Positions 8,209-17,069 of a stretch of DNA of 64,000 nucleotides are shown here, piece by piece. Location: assembly GCA_964602365.1 (NCBI GenBank), contig CAZRQD010000001.1, forward strand, positions 7,944 to 71,943. The letters run 5' to 3'. The stretch's first letter is position 1; every line of letters begins with the position of its first letter. The position numbers were made by a program, and so were the translations under genes. The notes beneath the pieces were generated by a model. That model was not told where the DNA came from and made no database searches. It saw nothing but the letters and a program-made list of their open reading frames with translations. Source of the stretch: an uncultured Acutalibacter sp. Its GTDB lineage: Bacteria > Bacillota > Clostridia > Oscillospirales > Acutalibacteraceae.

Positions 8209-8407
8209 AGATTTTTATCCCAAGTTTTTTCGCGATCTCCTCGGGAGTCATCCCGGTCTCTTTCGCCTTTGTGACCACAGAGCGATAATTAATGGGACTT
8301 ACAATCTTCTTCTTCTGCTGCTCCAGTTTCTCAATCTGCTCTTTCTTTTTCGCGATTTTCTCATCGATTTCAGCAATGCGTTCCTCAACGCTTCTTCTTG
8401 TTGGCAC
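8207..8407 (-). CDS. Small basic hypothetical protein (coiled coil + short helical C-terminus)
   Basis: 66 aa MPTRRSVEERIAEIDEKIAKKKEQIEKLEQQKKK...GMTPEEIAKKLGIKI; GTG start, RBS AAAGGATG, own promoter. Confidence 0.75.
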   Translation of the reverse strand: MPTRRSVEERIAEIDEKIAKKKEQIEKLEQQKKKIVSPINYRSVVTKAKETGMTPEEIAKKLGIKI

Positions 8408-8439
8408 GAAAAATCATCCTTTCATATCAGTCTAGATAA

Positions 8440-8468
8440 ACTATACACTTTAGAATATTATCTGTCAA
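8440..8468 (-). promoter_or_regulatory. sigmaA promoter of the 66-aa gene
   Basis: TTGACA, 17 nt, TATAGT on the minus strand. Confidence 0.7.
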
Positions 8469-8605
8469 GACTTATTTTATTGTTTTTCGGAAATTATTTG
8501 TTTCTTACAATTGTTTTACGTGGGTATAATAGAGTAGAGGAAAGTAAAAAGCCGGTGAGAAGACGGTTTTATCTATCTTAAGCATTCTCATAAAGTTATA
8601 TGAGG

Positions 8606-11600
8606 TTATTTCTCCGCGGGTACAAAGACCACGTTTTGCTCTCCTAAAACTCCCCTAAGCGCTTTTAAGAGTGCGTCGTTCGCATCTGTCGCCATGCGCG
8701 CGGGGGCCTTTAGGAGTTTTCCCGTATCCTCAAAATAGAGATACAGCGGGTCGCGGCCGCCCTCAAAAATAGAGGTAAAACGCAGGGCTTTCTCATACTC
8801 CGCACAGTCCTTAGAGGGGAAGCGGAGGTAGAGTCCCGGGCGGGAATGTCTACTTGCGGGGGGAGTTTCTTTTCTTGCGGGATTAGCCGCCGCAGGTCTC
8901 TTCTTTGGGTCGGGAGGGGAGGCAACCTTCTCGCAGAGGAGTTCGGCACCCTTGTCCTCCGTAAAACTCAGCCGGCCGGAGATCTCGAGCTCTACCCCCT
9001 CGGAGAAGACCCCGCGGTACTGCTCTGCCACGGCTGGAAATACTAAAACGGATATGTCCCCAAAGAGATCCTCCAGCGTGAGGAAGGCCATTTTTGCCCC
9101 GGACTTCACATATTTCTCCCTCATCTCTACGATTATCCCCAAGACAGTGACCCTCTCCCCGTCGCGGTAGGGCCCGTTCCCGTCGGCGGCGCACTGCGCC
9201 AGCTCGTCTGTGCGGGCATAGGAGCCGCCATCGTAGAGCTCAGCGTAGGCCATCATGGGGTGGCCGGAGAGATACATTCCCGTGACGTCCCTCTCCCTCT
9301 GCAATAGGTCTGAGGGAGAGAACTCTGGCAATCTGTCAAGCGCCGGCTCGCCGTCTGCCCTAGTCTGCGGGGTGTCAAAAAAGCCCACCTGGCCGTCTAT
9401 ATTGTTCCGCTTTTCTCCGTCGATTTTCGACATCACGAGGTCAAGGGAGGCTATCATCTCGCGCCTGTTGTACCCAAGGCCGTCCAGCGCCCCGCAGTAG
9501 ATCAGACTCTCCAGCGCGCGGGAGTTGAGCTCTTTGCCCGCGGTTCTGCGGCAGAAGTTCCAGAAGGAGACGTACTTCCCGTTTTCCTCTCTCTCAGAGA
9601 TTATCCGAAGCAGCGCCGCGCGTCCAAGGTTTTTCACCGCCAAAAGCCCGTAGCGGATGCTATCGCCGGTAACTGTAAAGCCAAGATCGCTCTCGTTCAC
9701 ATGCGGTGGCAGGACGGGGATGCCCAGTCTCCTGCACTCCCCCATATACTCTACTGCCTTTTCCGCCCTGACACTGGAGAGCAGGGCGGCCATATATTCT
9801 TTGGGATAGTGGTGCTTCAGATAGGCGGTCTCATAGGCCAGCACCGCATAGCAGGCGGCGTGGGCCTTGTTGAAGGCGTAGGACGCGAAGTTCTCTATCT
9901 CCCTGAAGAGCTCCTCCGCGACATTCTCCGGTATGCCCCTTCTCAGGCAGCCGTCCACAGTGTAGTTTCCGCTTTCATCGCGCTCCCCGTAGATAAAGAC
10001 CTTCTTCTCCCGCTCCAGGACATCGCGCTTTTTCTTGGACATGGCCCTCCGCACGATATCGGCCCTGCCCATGGAATACCCCGCAAGTTCCCTGAAAATC
10101 TGCATGACCTGCTCCTGGTAGATTATGCACCCACTTGTGACCTCCAGGATTGGCCTTAGCTTCTCGTGAAGATATTTTGTGCGTTCAGGATGCTGTTTGT
10201 TTTCCAGATACTGCGGGATAAACTGCATTGGGCCTGGGCGGTAGAGAGAGATTACGGCGGTGATATCCTCTATGCTCCTGCTTCCCGCCTGCATGGTAAG
10301 CCTTCGCATGCCGGGAGATTCCAGCTGGAAGACGCCGGATGTCTCCCCGGCGGAGAGCATGTCGAAAACTCCCTGGTCATCATCTGGGACGGATTCTATA
10401 TTGAAGCCGGGTTCTGTCTTTCGCACGAGGTTCTGCGCCCTCTCTATAACCGAGAGATTTCTCAGCCCGAGAAAATCCATCTTGAGAAGACCCAAATCCG
10501 CTATCACATTCATCGTGAACTGCGCCACGACAGAGTCGTCGTTTTTGGCAAGCGGGACATAGTCCGTCACGGGACGGTCCGTTATAAGCACCCCCGCGGC
10601 GTGGGTGGAGGCATGCCGCGGCATACCCTCTAGCTTCATCGCCATCTCTATCAGATTCTTTATCTGCGGGTCCCCGTCCATCCTGTCCTTGAGGTCCTTA
10701 GAGCGCTCCAAGGCTTCGGCAATGGTTATATGCAGATCCATCGGCACCAGCTTAGCGACCTGGTCCACCTGGCTGTAAGGGATGCCCATGACCCTCCCCA
10801 CGTCCCGTATGGCCGCGCGCGCCGCCATCGTCCCGAAGGTCACTATCTGCGCCACATGGTCCTCCCCGTACTTGTCCATGACATAGCGGATTATCTCGTC
10901 CCTGCGCTCGTCTGAAAAATCTATGTCAAAATCGGGCATGCTCACGCGCTCGGCGTTTAGGAACCTCTCGAAGATCAGGTTGTAGCGGATGGGGTCCACG
11001 TTGGTTATGCCAACGCAGTAGGCGGCAAGGCTCCCCGCACCCGAACCCCTCCCCGGGCCCACGGGGATTCCCGCACTTCTCGCATATCTCACAAAATCCC
11101 AGACGATGAGGTAGTAGTTGACATATCCCATAGAGCTGATGACGGAGATCTCGTAATCCAGGCGCTCTTTCACGCTCTGTTCGGGGTTCTTGCCGTAGCG
11201 CCTCTCAAGCCCCTCATAGCAGAGCCTCTTAAAATAGCTCTCGCTGTCAGAGCCGTCCGCGGGCTCAAAGCGCGGGAGGCGTGTCTTGCCAAACTCTATC
11301 TCTACATTGCAGCGCTTCGCTATCCTCTCAGTATTATCTATTGCCTCGGGGTGGTCGGGGAAGAGAGCTCTCATCTCCTTCTCGCTCTTCAGATAGAACT
11401 CCTCTGTGGAGAAGCCCATTCCCGTCTCATCCTGCAGCGTCCTGCCGGTCTGTATGCAGAGCAGGACGTGGTGCATCTCATGGTCCTCTCTATCTATATA
11501 GTGGCAGTCATTTGTCGCTACAAGCGGGATTCCCGTCTCCTCGGAGATACTTACGATCTGCCTTAGGACCTCTTTCTCCTCCCTAAGTCCGTGGTTCTGT

Positions 11601-12121
11601 ATTTCCAAAAAATAATTTCCCCTGCCAAAGATGCGGTCATATCTCACCGCTGCAGACTTGGCCTCCTCATACTCCCCCCTCAGTATAAGCCTCGGCACCT
11701 CTCCCCCTAAGCAGGCAGAGAGCGCTATCAGACCCTCGTGGTACTGCTCCAGCAGCTCATAGTCCACGCGGGGACGGTTGTAAAATCCCTCTGTAAACCC
11801 CTTGGAGACCAGCATTATGAGGTTTTTATATCCCGTCTCGTTCTCGCAGAGCAGGACAAGGTGACGGCTCTCCCAGTCAAACTCATGGACCATGTCAAAG
11901 CGGGTCCTCGGTGCGACATAGACCTCACAGCCGATAATCGGCTTGATACCCCTCGCTTTGGCGGCCTTGTAAAAATCTATTACGCCGTACATGACGCCGT
12001 GGTCGGTTATAGCCATGGCGTCCTGCCCCATCTCCTTTGCCCTGTCCAGGACCCTTTCTATACGGCAGGCGCCGTCAAGGAGGCTGTATTCGGTATGCAG
12101 ATGCAGATGGCAAAACGCCAT
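8606..12121 (-). CDS. dnaE: DNA polymerase III alpha subunit
   Basis: PHP HLHLHTEYSLLDG, GPGRGSGAGS, MPDFDIDF, KMDFLGL, YAFNKAHA, OB fold; no intein apparent. Confidence 0.97.
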   Translation of the reverse strand: MAFCHLHLHTEYSLLDGACRIERVLDRAKEMGQDAMAITDHGVMYGVIDFYKAAKARGIKPIIGCEVYVAPRTRFDMVHEFDWESRHLVLLCENETGYKNLIMLVSKGFTEGFYNRPRVDYELLEQYHEGLIALSACLGGEVPRLILRGEYEEAKSAAVRYDRIFGRGNYFLEIQNHGLREEKEVLRQIVSISEETGIPLVATNDCHYIDREDHEMHHVLLCIQTGRTLQDETGMGFSTEEFYLKSEKEMRALFPDHPEAIDNTERIAKRCNVEIEFGKTRLPRFEPADGSDSESYFKRLCYEGLERRYGKNPEQSVKERLDYEISVISSMGYVNYYLIVWDFVRYARSAGIPVGPGRGSGAGSLAAYCVGITNVDPIRYNLIFERFLNAERVSMPDFDIDFSDERRDEIIRYVMDKYGEDHVAQIVTFGTMAARAAIRDVGRVMGIPYSQVDQVAKLVPMDLHITIAEALERSKDLKDRMDGDPQIKNLIEMAMKLEGMPRHASTHAAGVLITDRPVTDYVPLAKNDDSVVAQFTMNVIADLGLLKMDFLGLRNLSVIERAQNLVRKTEPGFNIESVPDDDQGVFDMLSAGETSGVFQLESPGMRRLTMQAGSRSIEDITAVISLYRPGPMQFIPQYLENKQHPERTKYLHEKLRPILEVTSGCIIYQEQVMQIFRELAGYSMGRADIVRRAMSKKKRDVLEREKKVFIYGERDESGNYTVDGCLRRGIPENVAEELFREIENFASYAFNKAHAACYAVLAYETAYLKHHYPKEYMAALLSSVRAEKAVEYMGECRRLGIPVLPPHVNESDLGFTVTGDSIRYGLLAVKNLGRAALLRIISEREENGKYVSFWNFCRRTAGKELNSRALESLIYCGALDGLGYNRREMIASLDLVMSKIDGEKRNNIDGQVGFFDTPQTRADGEPALDRLPEFSPSDLLQRERDVTGMYLSGHPMMAYAELYDGGSYARTDELAQCAADGNGPYRDGERVTVLGIIVEMREKYVKSGAKMAFLTLEDLFGDISVLVFPAVAEQYRGVFSEGVELEISGRLSFTEDKGAELLCEKVASPPDPKKRPAAANPARKETPPASRHSRPGLYLRFPSKDCAEYEKALRFTSIFEGGRDPLYLYFEDTGKLLKAPARMATDANDALLKALRGVLGEQNVVFVPAEK

Positions 12122-12159
12122 AAAAGCCGCCTCCTAAATCAAATTCTCCGTTCGTTTCC

Positions 12160-12188
12160 AGTCTACCACAGGCAGGGGCATTTGTCAA
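12160..12188 (-). promoter_or_regulatory. sigmaA promoter of dnaE
   Basis: TTGACA, 17 nt, TGG-TAGACT on the minus strand. Confidence 0.65.
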
Positions 12189-12204
12189 ATTCAAGGCAAA
12201 AGTC

Positions 12205-12234
12205 AGCGGAGCGGGCCGCCCGACCCGCTCCGCT
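12205..12234 (-). terminator. feo operon terminator
   Basis: AGCGGAGCGGG/CCCGCTCCGCT 11-bp stem followed on the minus strand by GACTTTT. Confidence 0.6.
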
Positions 12235-12271
12235 TTGGGATTAAAATGATGGGAGGAAAAATTCTTTTGTC

Positions 12272-12460
12272 TCACTTGCCGGGTCTGGTCTCTCTGGCGG
12301 CATGGCAGGAGGAACTCATCGGGCAGCCGGCACAACCGCCGGTGCAGCCCGGCGTCTTCCTCTGCTTTCTCAGCGAACGGATGCAGAAAAACACAAGCAG
12401 CGCAACCGCCAGCAGAACCAGAATACTTCCCCAGTTTTGAGAGAGCCAAACAAACATCAT
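12272..12460 (-). CDS. FeoB-associated Cys-rich membrane protein
   Basis: One TM helix then GCTGGCAGCPMSSSCH; directly after feoB; RBS AAAGGCGG. Confidence 0.85.
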   Translation of the reverse strand: MMFVWLSQNWGSILVLLAVALLVFFCIRSLRKQRKTPGCTGGCAGCPMSSSCHAARETRPGK

Positions 12461-12471
12461 GCCACCGCCTT

Positions 12472-14973
12472 TCAGACTTTCACGGATTTTGTCAGCTTTT
12501 CGGGCTCCTTATATGGCCTGACCAGAAGATAGATAATCGCAGCAAGCACCAGCGCGGCGAAGATAAGCCCAACCACGTTTACGCTTCCGGTAAACAGCAG
12601 CCCGAACTGGTTTATGATGAGTGCGATCGCATACGCGAAAGCGCATTGATATCCTATGGCGAAGAGAGTCCATTTAAGGCTGTTCATCTCTCTCTTTATC
12701 GCGCCCATGGCGGCGAAGCACGGCGCGCAGAGCAGGTTAAACGCCAAGAAGGAATAGCCGCTTACCATGGTAAAAGCCGCGCCGAGATTGCCGTATACTG
12801 TACCGGCGCCGCCGTAGAGGATTCCCATGGTACCGACGATGTTCTCTTTGGCGACAAGGCCAGTGATGGATGCCACGGCAGCCTGCCAGTTCCCCCAGCC
12901 AAGCGGGATGAAGATCCATGCGATCGCATTCCCTATCATGGCAAGGATGGAGTGGTCGATCTGCTCGTCTGTCAGCATGGTGAACGCGCCGTCCACAAAG
13001 CCAAAATAGGTCGTGAACCATACCAGTATGGTGGAGAGCAGGATTATGGTCCCAGCCTTCTTTATAAAGGACCAGCCGCGCTCCCACATGGAGCGGAGAA
13101 CATTCCCGGCCGTGGGCCAGTGATATGCGGGCAGCTCCATGACGAAGGGAGCGGGATCTCCCGCGAAAATCTTGGTCTTTTTCAGTATTATGCCCGATAC
13201 GATAATCGCACCGACGCCCAGGAAGTACGCGGACGGAGCTATCCACGGAGAGCCGCCGAATATTGCTCCGGCTATCATCGCGATAAAGGGGAGCTTCGCG
13301 CCGCAGGGGATAAAGGTGGTGGTCATGACGGTCATGCGGCGGTCTCTCTCGTTTTCTATCGTGCGGGAGGCCATAATTCCCGGAACGCCGCAGCCCGAGC
13401 CTATAAGCATGGGGATGAAGGATTTGCCGGAAAGCCCGAACTTCCTAAATATCCTGTCCATGACAAAGGCAACCCTCGCCATATATCCGCAGCTCTCAAG
13501 AAACGCCAGGAAGAAGAACAGTATGAACATCTGCGGGACAAACCCCAAAACGGCGCCGACACCGGCGACTATGCCGTCCAGAATCAGACCTTTTAGCCAT
13601 TCCGCACAGCCAATAGCGTCAAGGCCGCGCTCTATCAGCGGGGGAAGTCCGGGGACCCAAATACCGTAGCCGGCAGGGTCGGGCTCTGCCGCGCCGTAAG
13701 TCTCATAGACCCCAACCGCATTCTTTAAATCAGTCCCGGTAAATGTGAGCTCCTCTTCAAGCTGCGTATCCTCGTCAGTCATTACAAGGAATGTCGCAGA
13801 GTCGCTGTCAGAGAAATTCCCTGCATAGTCAGAGAGGGCGGAAACTGCCGCATCAGAGGAGAAGCTCTCGCTTTCCGTATCAAGAGCATCTACAACCGCT
13901 CCCGTATCCATGCCGTTTTCCTCTCCGTATGCGATGAAGGCGTTTACGGCGTTTTGGGCGTCGGCGAATTCACCGGCAGCCTCTTCATACGCTCCCCGCC
14001 CTATGCCCAGCAGGTACCAGCCGTCGCCGAAGACGCCGTCGTTCGCCCAGTCTGTGGCAACGGTTCCAACCGTTGTGACCGAAACGTAATATACCACGAA
14101 CATCACAATGGCGAAAATCGGCAGGGCGAGAATGCGGTTTGTCACAACCTTATCTATCTTGTCGGAGATTGTCAAGGCGCCCGCGGATTTCTTCCTGTAG
14201 CAGCCCTTTAGAATGGAGGCGATATACACGTACCTCTCGTTTGTGATAATGCTCTCGGCGTCGTCGTCCAGCTCTTCCTCCGCGGCCTTTATGTCCTGCT
14301 CTATATGCTTTAGAACTGACTCGTCAAGGTGAAGCTGCTCTATAACCTTGTCGTCGCGCTCGAATATCTTGATGGCGTACCAGCGCTGGCGCTCGGGCGG
14401 GGAATCATGCAGGGCCGCCTCCTCTATATGCGCTATGGCATGTTCCACCACGCCGGAGAAGGTGTGCATCGGCACGGTCTTATCCGTCTTGGCAGCCTCT
14501 ATCGCAGTCTCGGCCGCCTGCATCACTCCGGTACCCTTCAGGGCCGAAATCTCCAGCACCCGGCAGCCCAGCTCCCTTGAGAGTTCTGCAGTATTTATGC
14601 TGTCCCCGTTCTTTTTTACTATGTCCATCATATTGATGGCGACAACGACGGGAATTCCCAGCTCTGTCAGCTGCGTGGTGAGATAGAGGTTTCTCTCCAA
14701 GTTCGAGCCGTCCACGATATTGAGAATCACGTCCGGCCTCTCGTTTATCAGGTAGTTTCTCGCGATAACCTCCTCCAGGGTATAGGGGGAAAGGGAATAT
14801 ATGCCGGGCAGGTCCGTGATAGTGACTCCATCATGCTTTTTCAGCTTGCCCTCCTTCTTCTCCACGGTCACCCCTGGCCAGTTTCCAACAAACTGGTTGG
14901 AACCGGTAAGGGCATTGAACAGGGTGGTTTTGCCGCTGTTGGGGTTCCCCGCGAGGGCAATCTTCATTTCCAT
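12472..14973 (-). CDS. feoB: Ferrous iron transporter FeoB (long form with acidic loop insertion)
   Basis: GNPNSGKTT, GNWPGVTVEKKEG, DLPGIYSL, NMMD G4 motif, gate domains (PCGAKLP, LLCAPCFA). Confidence 0.97.
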   Translation of the reverse strand: MEMKIALAGNPNSGKTTLFNALTGSNQFVGNWPGVTVEKKEGKLKKHDGVTITDLPGIYSLSPYTLEEVIARNYLINERPDVILNIVDGSNLERNLYLTTQLTELGIPVVVAINMMDIVKKNGDSINTAELSRELGCRVLEISALKGTGVMQAAETAIEAAKTDKTVPMHTFSGVVEHAIAHIEEAALHDSPPERQRWYAIKIFERDDKVIEQLHLDESVLKHIEQDIKAAEEELDDDAESIITNERYVYIASILKGCYRKKSAGALTISDKIDKVVTNRILALPIFAIVMFVVYYVSVTTVGTVATDWANDGVFGDGWYLLGIGRGAYEEAAGEFADAQNAVNAFIAYGEENGMDTGAVVDALDTESESFSSDAAVSALSDYAGNFSDSDSATFLVMTDEDTQLEEELTFTGTDLKNAVGVYETYGAAEPDPAGYGIWVPGLPPLIERGLDAIGCAEWLKGLILDGIVAGVGAVLGFVPQMFILFFFLAFLESCGYMARVAFVMDRIFRKFGLSGKSFIPMLIGSGCGVPGIMASRTIENERDRRMTVMTTTFIPCGAKLPFIAMIAGAIFGGSPWIAPSAYFLGVGAIIVSGIILKKTKIFAGDPAPFVMELPAYHWPTAGNVLRSMWERGWSFIKKAGTIILLSTILVWFTTYFGFVDGAFTMLTDEQIDHSILAMIGNAIAWIFIPLGWGNWQAAVASITGLVAKENIVGTMGILYGGAGTVYGNLGAAFTMVSGYSFLAFNLLCAPCFAAMGAIKREMNSLKWTLFAIGYQCAFAYAIALIINQFGLLFTGSVNVVGLIFAALVLAAIIYLLVRPYKEPEKLTKSVKV
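12621..12632. repeat. HIP1-like palindrome, 1-mismatch copy GTGCGATCGCAT
   Basis: Inside feoB (Y-A-I-A-L); inner 10-mer TGCGATCGCA intact. Confidence 0.8.
12918..12929. repeat. HIP1-like palindrome ATGCGATCGCAT, copy 4
   Basis: Exact 12-mer inside feoB (N-A-I-A-W). Confidence 0.85.
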
Positions 14974-14993
14974 CTTCTCTCTCTCCTTTTTTA

Positions 14994-15009
14994 GGTAGTT
15001 ATGACTAAC
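14994..15009. promoter_or_regulatory. DtxR-type box (TTAG-N6-CTAA family) upstream of feoB
   Basis: GGTAG-TTATGA-CTAAC next to the feoB RBS. Confidence 0.55.
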
Positions 15010-15022
15010 TCGACTGTAAAAT

Positions 15023-15244
15023 TTATTCGACCTCTATCATCTCCGCATCAGCCTTGCGCAGGGAGAGCTCGTATCCCCTCACGGTGACCTCAACGGGGTC
15101 TCCCAGCGGGGCCACCTTGCGAACATGAATCTCCACGCCTTTTGTGATGCCCATATCCATTATCCGGCGCTTTACTGCACCCTCGCCGTGAATTTTGGCC
15201 ACCTTAACGGTCGAGCCCACCCCGGTATCTCTCAGCGTCTTCAA
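15023..15244 (-). CDS. feoA: Ferrous iron transport protein A
   Basis: RRIMDMGITKG, APLGDPVEVTVRGYELSLRK; probable TTG start at 15244 behind AAGGAG. Confidence 0.93.
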   Translation of the reverse strand: MKTLRDTGVGSTVKVAKIHGEGAVKRRIMDMGITKGVEIHVRKVAPLGDPVEVTVRGYELSLRKADAEMIEVE

Positions 15245-15284
15245 TTCTTTACCGCTCCTTTCCATTAAACTTTCAAATAGACTC

Positions 15285-15497
15285 TCAAACCATTATCTTT
15301 CTCGCCATCTCATTGCTAACGGCGACCCTAGCCTCTTTCACGTTCACGATGAGGTTTCCGTTTATCTCTGTAATTACCGTCACCTTTCCCCCGGCGACAA
15401 AGCCCAGGTTGGCAAGGTGTTTCTTCACTTCCGGCGAGCCTCCAACCTTCTTTATGATGTTTTCCTCTCCCGGTACTGCCAGCGCCAAAGGCATCAT
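15285..15497 (-). CDS. feoA: Ferrous iron transport protein A (second paralog)
   Basis: MMPLALA...KKHLANLGFVAG...NLIVNVKEARVAVS; RBS AAAGGAGG. Confidence 0.9.
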   Translation of the reverse strand: MMPLALAVPGEENIIKKVGGSPEVKKHLANLGFVAGGKVTVITEINGNLIVNVKEARVAVSNEMARKIMV

Positions 15498-15512
15498 TCG
15501 AGCCTCCTTTTG

Positions 15513-15528
15513 ATTAGTCAGGACTAAC
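15513..15528. promoter_or_regulatory. DtxR-type box in the feo leader
   Basis: ATTAG-TCAGGA-CTAAC. Confidence 0.65.
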
Positions 15529-15545
15529 CAATTCCCCAAAATTTA

Positions 15546-15561
15546 GTTAGCTTTCACTAAC
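15546..15561. promoter_or_regulatory. DtxR-type box at the feo transcription start
   Basis: GTTAG-CTTTCA-CTAAC, about 10 nt downstream of the -10 element. Confidence 0.7.
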
Positions 15562-15570
15562 TTCGAGTCA

Positions 15571-15599
15571 ATTTTACATTTCTAAAACTTTGCTGTCAA
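15571..15599 (-). promoter_or_regulatory. sigmaA promoter of the feo operon
   Basis: TTGACA, 17 nt, TAAAAT on the minus strand. Confidence 0.8.
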
Positions 15600-15653
15600 G
15601 AGATTTTTCTCAAAAATTTCTTAAAACCACGATTTTCAGCGGGTTGCACCTTG

Positions 15654-15669
15654 GTTAGTAACCGCTAAC
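15654..15669. promoter_or_regulatory. DtxR-type box upstream of the feo promoter
   Basis: GTTAG-TAACCG-CTAAC. Confidence 0.65.
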
Positions 15670-15694
15670 AAAATTTTAGTGCAATTTTTCCATG

Positions 15695-15940
15695 TCATCT
15701 CCCGAAAAGTCCCGGCTTCTTCTCCCCGCTCTCTATGGAGACGACCTTATAACCCGTCCTCTCTATCGCATCTTTAAGGGAATTCCTGTCAAGTTCAGTT
15801 TCAGAGAGAACTACTGTCTCGCCTTTTTTGTGTGAAGAGCTCACCTTTTTTACCTTTAAGGCGTTTCGCACGGCGTCGTTTATATGCGCTTCGCACATAG
15901 AGCAGGACATTCCCTCAATTTTAAGCCTCGTTTCGACCAT
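15695..15940 (-). CDS. Heavy-metal-associated (HMA, CopZ-like) domain protein
   Basis: IEGMSCSMCEAHI (GMxCxxC) and the ERTGYKV end motif. Confidence 0.9.
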   Translation of the reverse strand: MVETRLKIEGMSCSMCEAHINDAVRNALKVKKVSSSHKKGETVVLSETELDRNSLKDAIERTGYKVVSIESGEKKPGLFGR

Positions 15941-15960
15941 ATAACAGACCTCCTTAATGG

Positions 15961-15976
15961 ATTAGTTATAACTAAC
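15961..15976. promoter_or_regulatory. DtxR-type box at the HMA gene transcription start
   Basis: ATTAG-TTATAA-CTAAC, just downstream of a minus-strand TTGACA(16007-16012)-17-TATATT(15984-15989) promoter. Confidence 0.7.
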
Positions 15977-16125
15977 TGAACCTAATATATCACCCAGAAA
16001 TCTTTCTGTCAAGATAAAATCCGGAAATTTTCCACGCTTGACTATTTCGCTGCAAATGATATAATATAACTCCAGTGGGCGGGAAGGACTGTCCCGTCTC
16101 AACCGCGGGAGAGAAGAGGAAGATT

Positions 16126-17013
16126 ATGTTTCAGATACTTTCTGACGGCAGCTGCGATCTTTCGCCAGAACAGCTCAAGTCTGCGGGGCTTGAGATAATT
16201 CCGTACTACATCTCACTTGACGGAAAGAATTATCAGAAAGAGATGGTGGAGCTTGACGTCCACGATTTCTACGAGTTCTGCGTATCTCACCCTGACGTAT
16301 ACCCAAAGACCTCCATGCCCTCCGTGCAGGACTATATGGACGCCTTTGAGAGGCAGGTAAAGGCGGGGAAAGATGTTCTCTGCTACTGTCTCAGCGCGAA
16401 ATTCTCAGGTTCTCTCTCCAGCGCAATGACCGCGGCGAGCGTCCTGATGGAGGAATACCCCGGGCGAGAGATAAGGGTTGCCGACTCCACTGTGGCCACT
16501 GGGCTTCAGGGGCTCCTTCTGCTGGAGCTCTCAAGATATGCCAAAGAGGGACATACCCTGGAGGAGACCTATAAGCGCGGGGAGGAGATCAAGAAAAATT
16601 CTGCGATATTCTTCACCATAGAAAATCTCGACTATCTCTACCACGGCGGCAGGATAGGAAAACTTCTGGAGCTTGCGCTTACGGGAATGCATATGCGTCC
16701 TGTTATCAGGCTTTCCAGCGGAGAGCTCTACCCCGTTGGGCTTAGCATGAACCGAAAAAACGCCTTCGCCAAGGTGGTTGAGATAATGAGGAAGGCCATA
16801 GAGAATTTAAAGCTGGATTTGGAGAGGTATTCGTTCGCCATGGGCTGGGGTTACAGCAGAGAAGAGGCGGTGCCGTTTTTTGAGATGGTAAAGCAGCTTT
16901 TCCTAGAGGTTTTTGGGAAACTGCCTGAATTTACCCCCATACAGATCGGCGCGACGATAGGGGTATATACCGGTCCCCACCCTGTGGGTATCGGTTTTAT
17001 AGAGAGGGCTTAG
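16126..17013 (+). CDS. DegV family fatty-acid-binding protein
   Basis: [47 protein letters not shown]; start moved to ATG 16126. Confidence 0.9.
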   Translation: MFQILSDGSCDLSPEQLKSAGLEIIPYYISLDGKNYQKEMVELDVHDFYEFCVSHPDVYPKTSMPSVQDYMDAFERQVKAGKDVLCYCLSAKFSGSLSSAMTAASVLMEEYPGREIRVADSTVATGLQGLLLLELSRYAKEGHTLEETYKRGEEIKKNSAIFFTIENLDYLYHGGRIGKLLELALTGMHMRPVIRLSSGELYPVGLSMNRKNAFAKVVEIMRKAIENLKLDLERYSFAMGWGYSREEAVPFFEMVKQLFLEVFGKLPEFTPIQIGATIGVYTGPHPVGIGFIERA

Positions 17014-17069
17014 CCCAATTTAGGACAACTCGCAGTTTTTTCACACTATATGAACTAGGAGGATTTGTC

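Noticed and set aside
7708-8581. ORFs 7708..8124(+), 7914..8141(-) and 8060..8581(+) with repeated peptides
   Set aside because: They run through the 78-bp (26-codon) repeat and overlap real genes. There is no RBS or recognisable domain, so the peptide repeats are a by-product of the DNA repeat.
8500-8600. Plus-strand TATAAT at 8525 as a promoter for an antisense or small RNA
   Set aside because: There is no acceptable -35 or TGn extension. The downstream hairpin is adequately explained as the dnaE terminator.
8606-12121. Intein or frameshift in dnaE (also considered for secA, valS and recN)
   Set aside because: Lengths and motif order are normal and the frames are uninterrupted.
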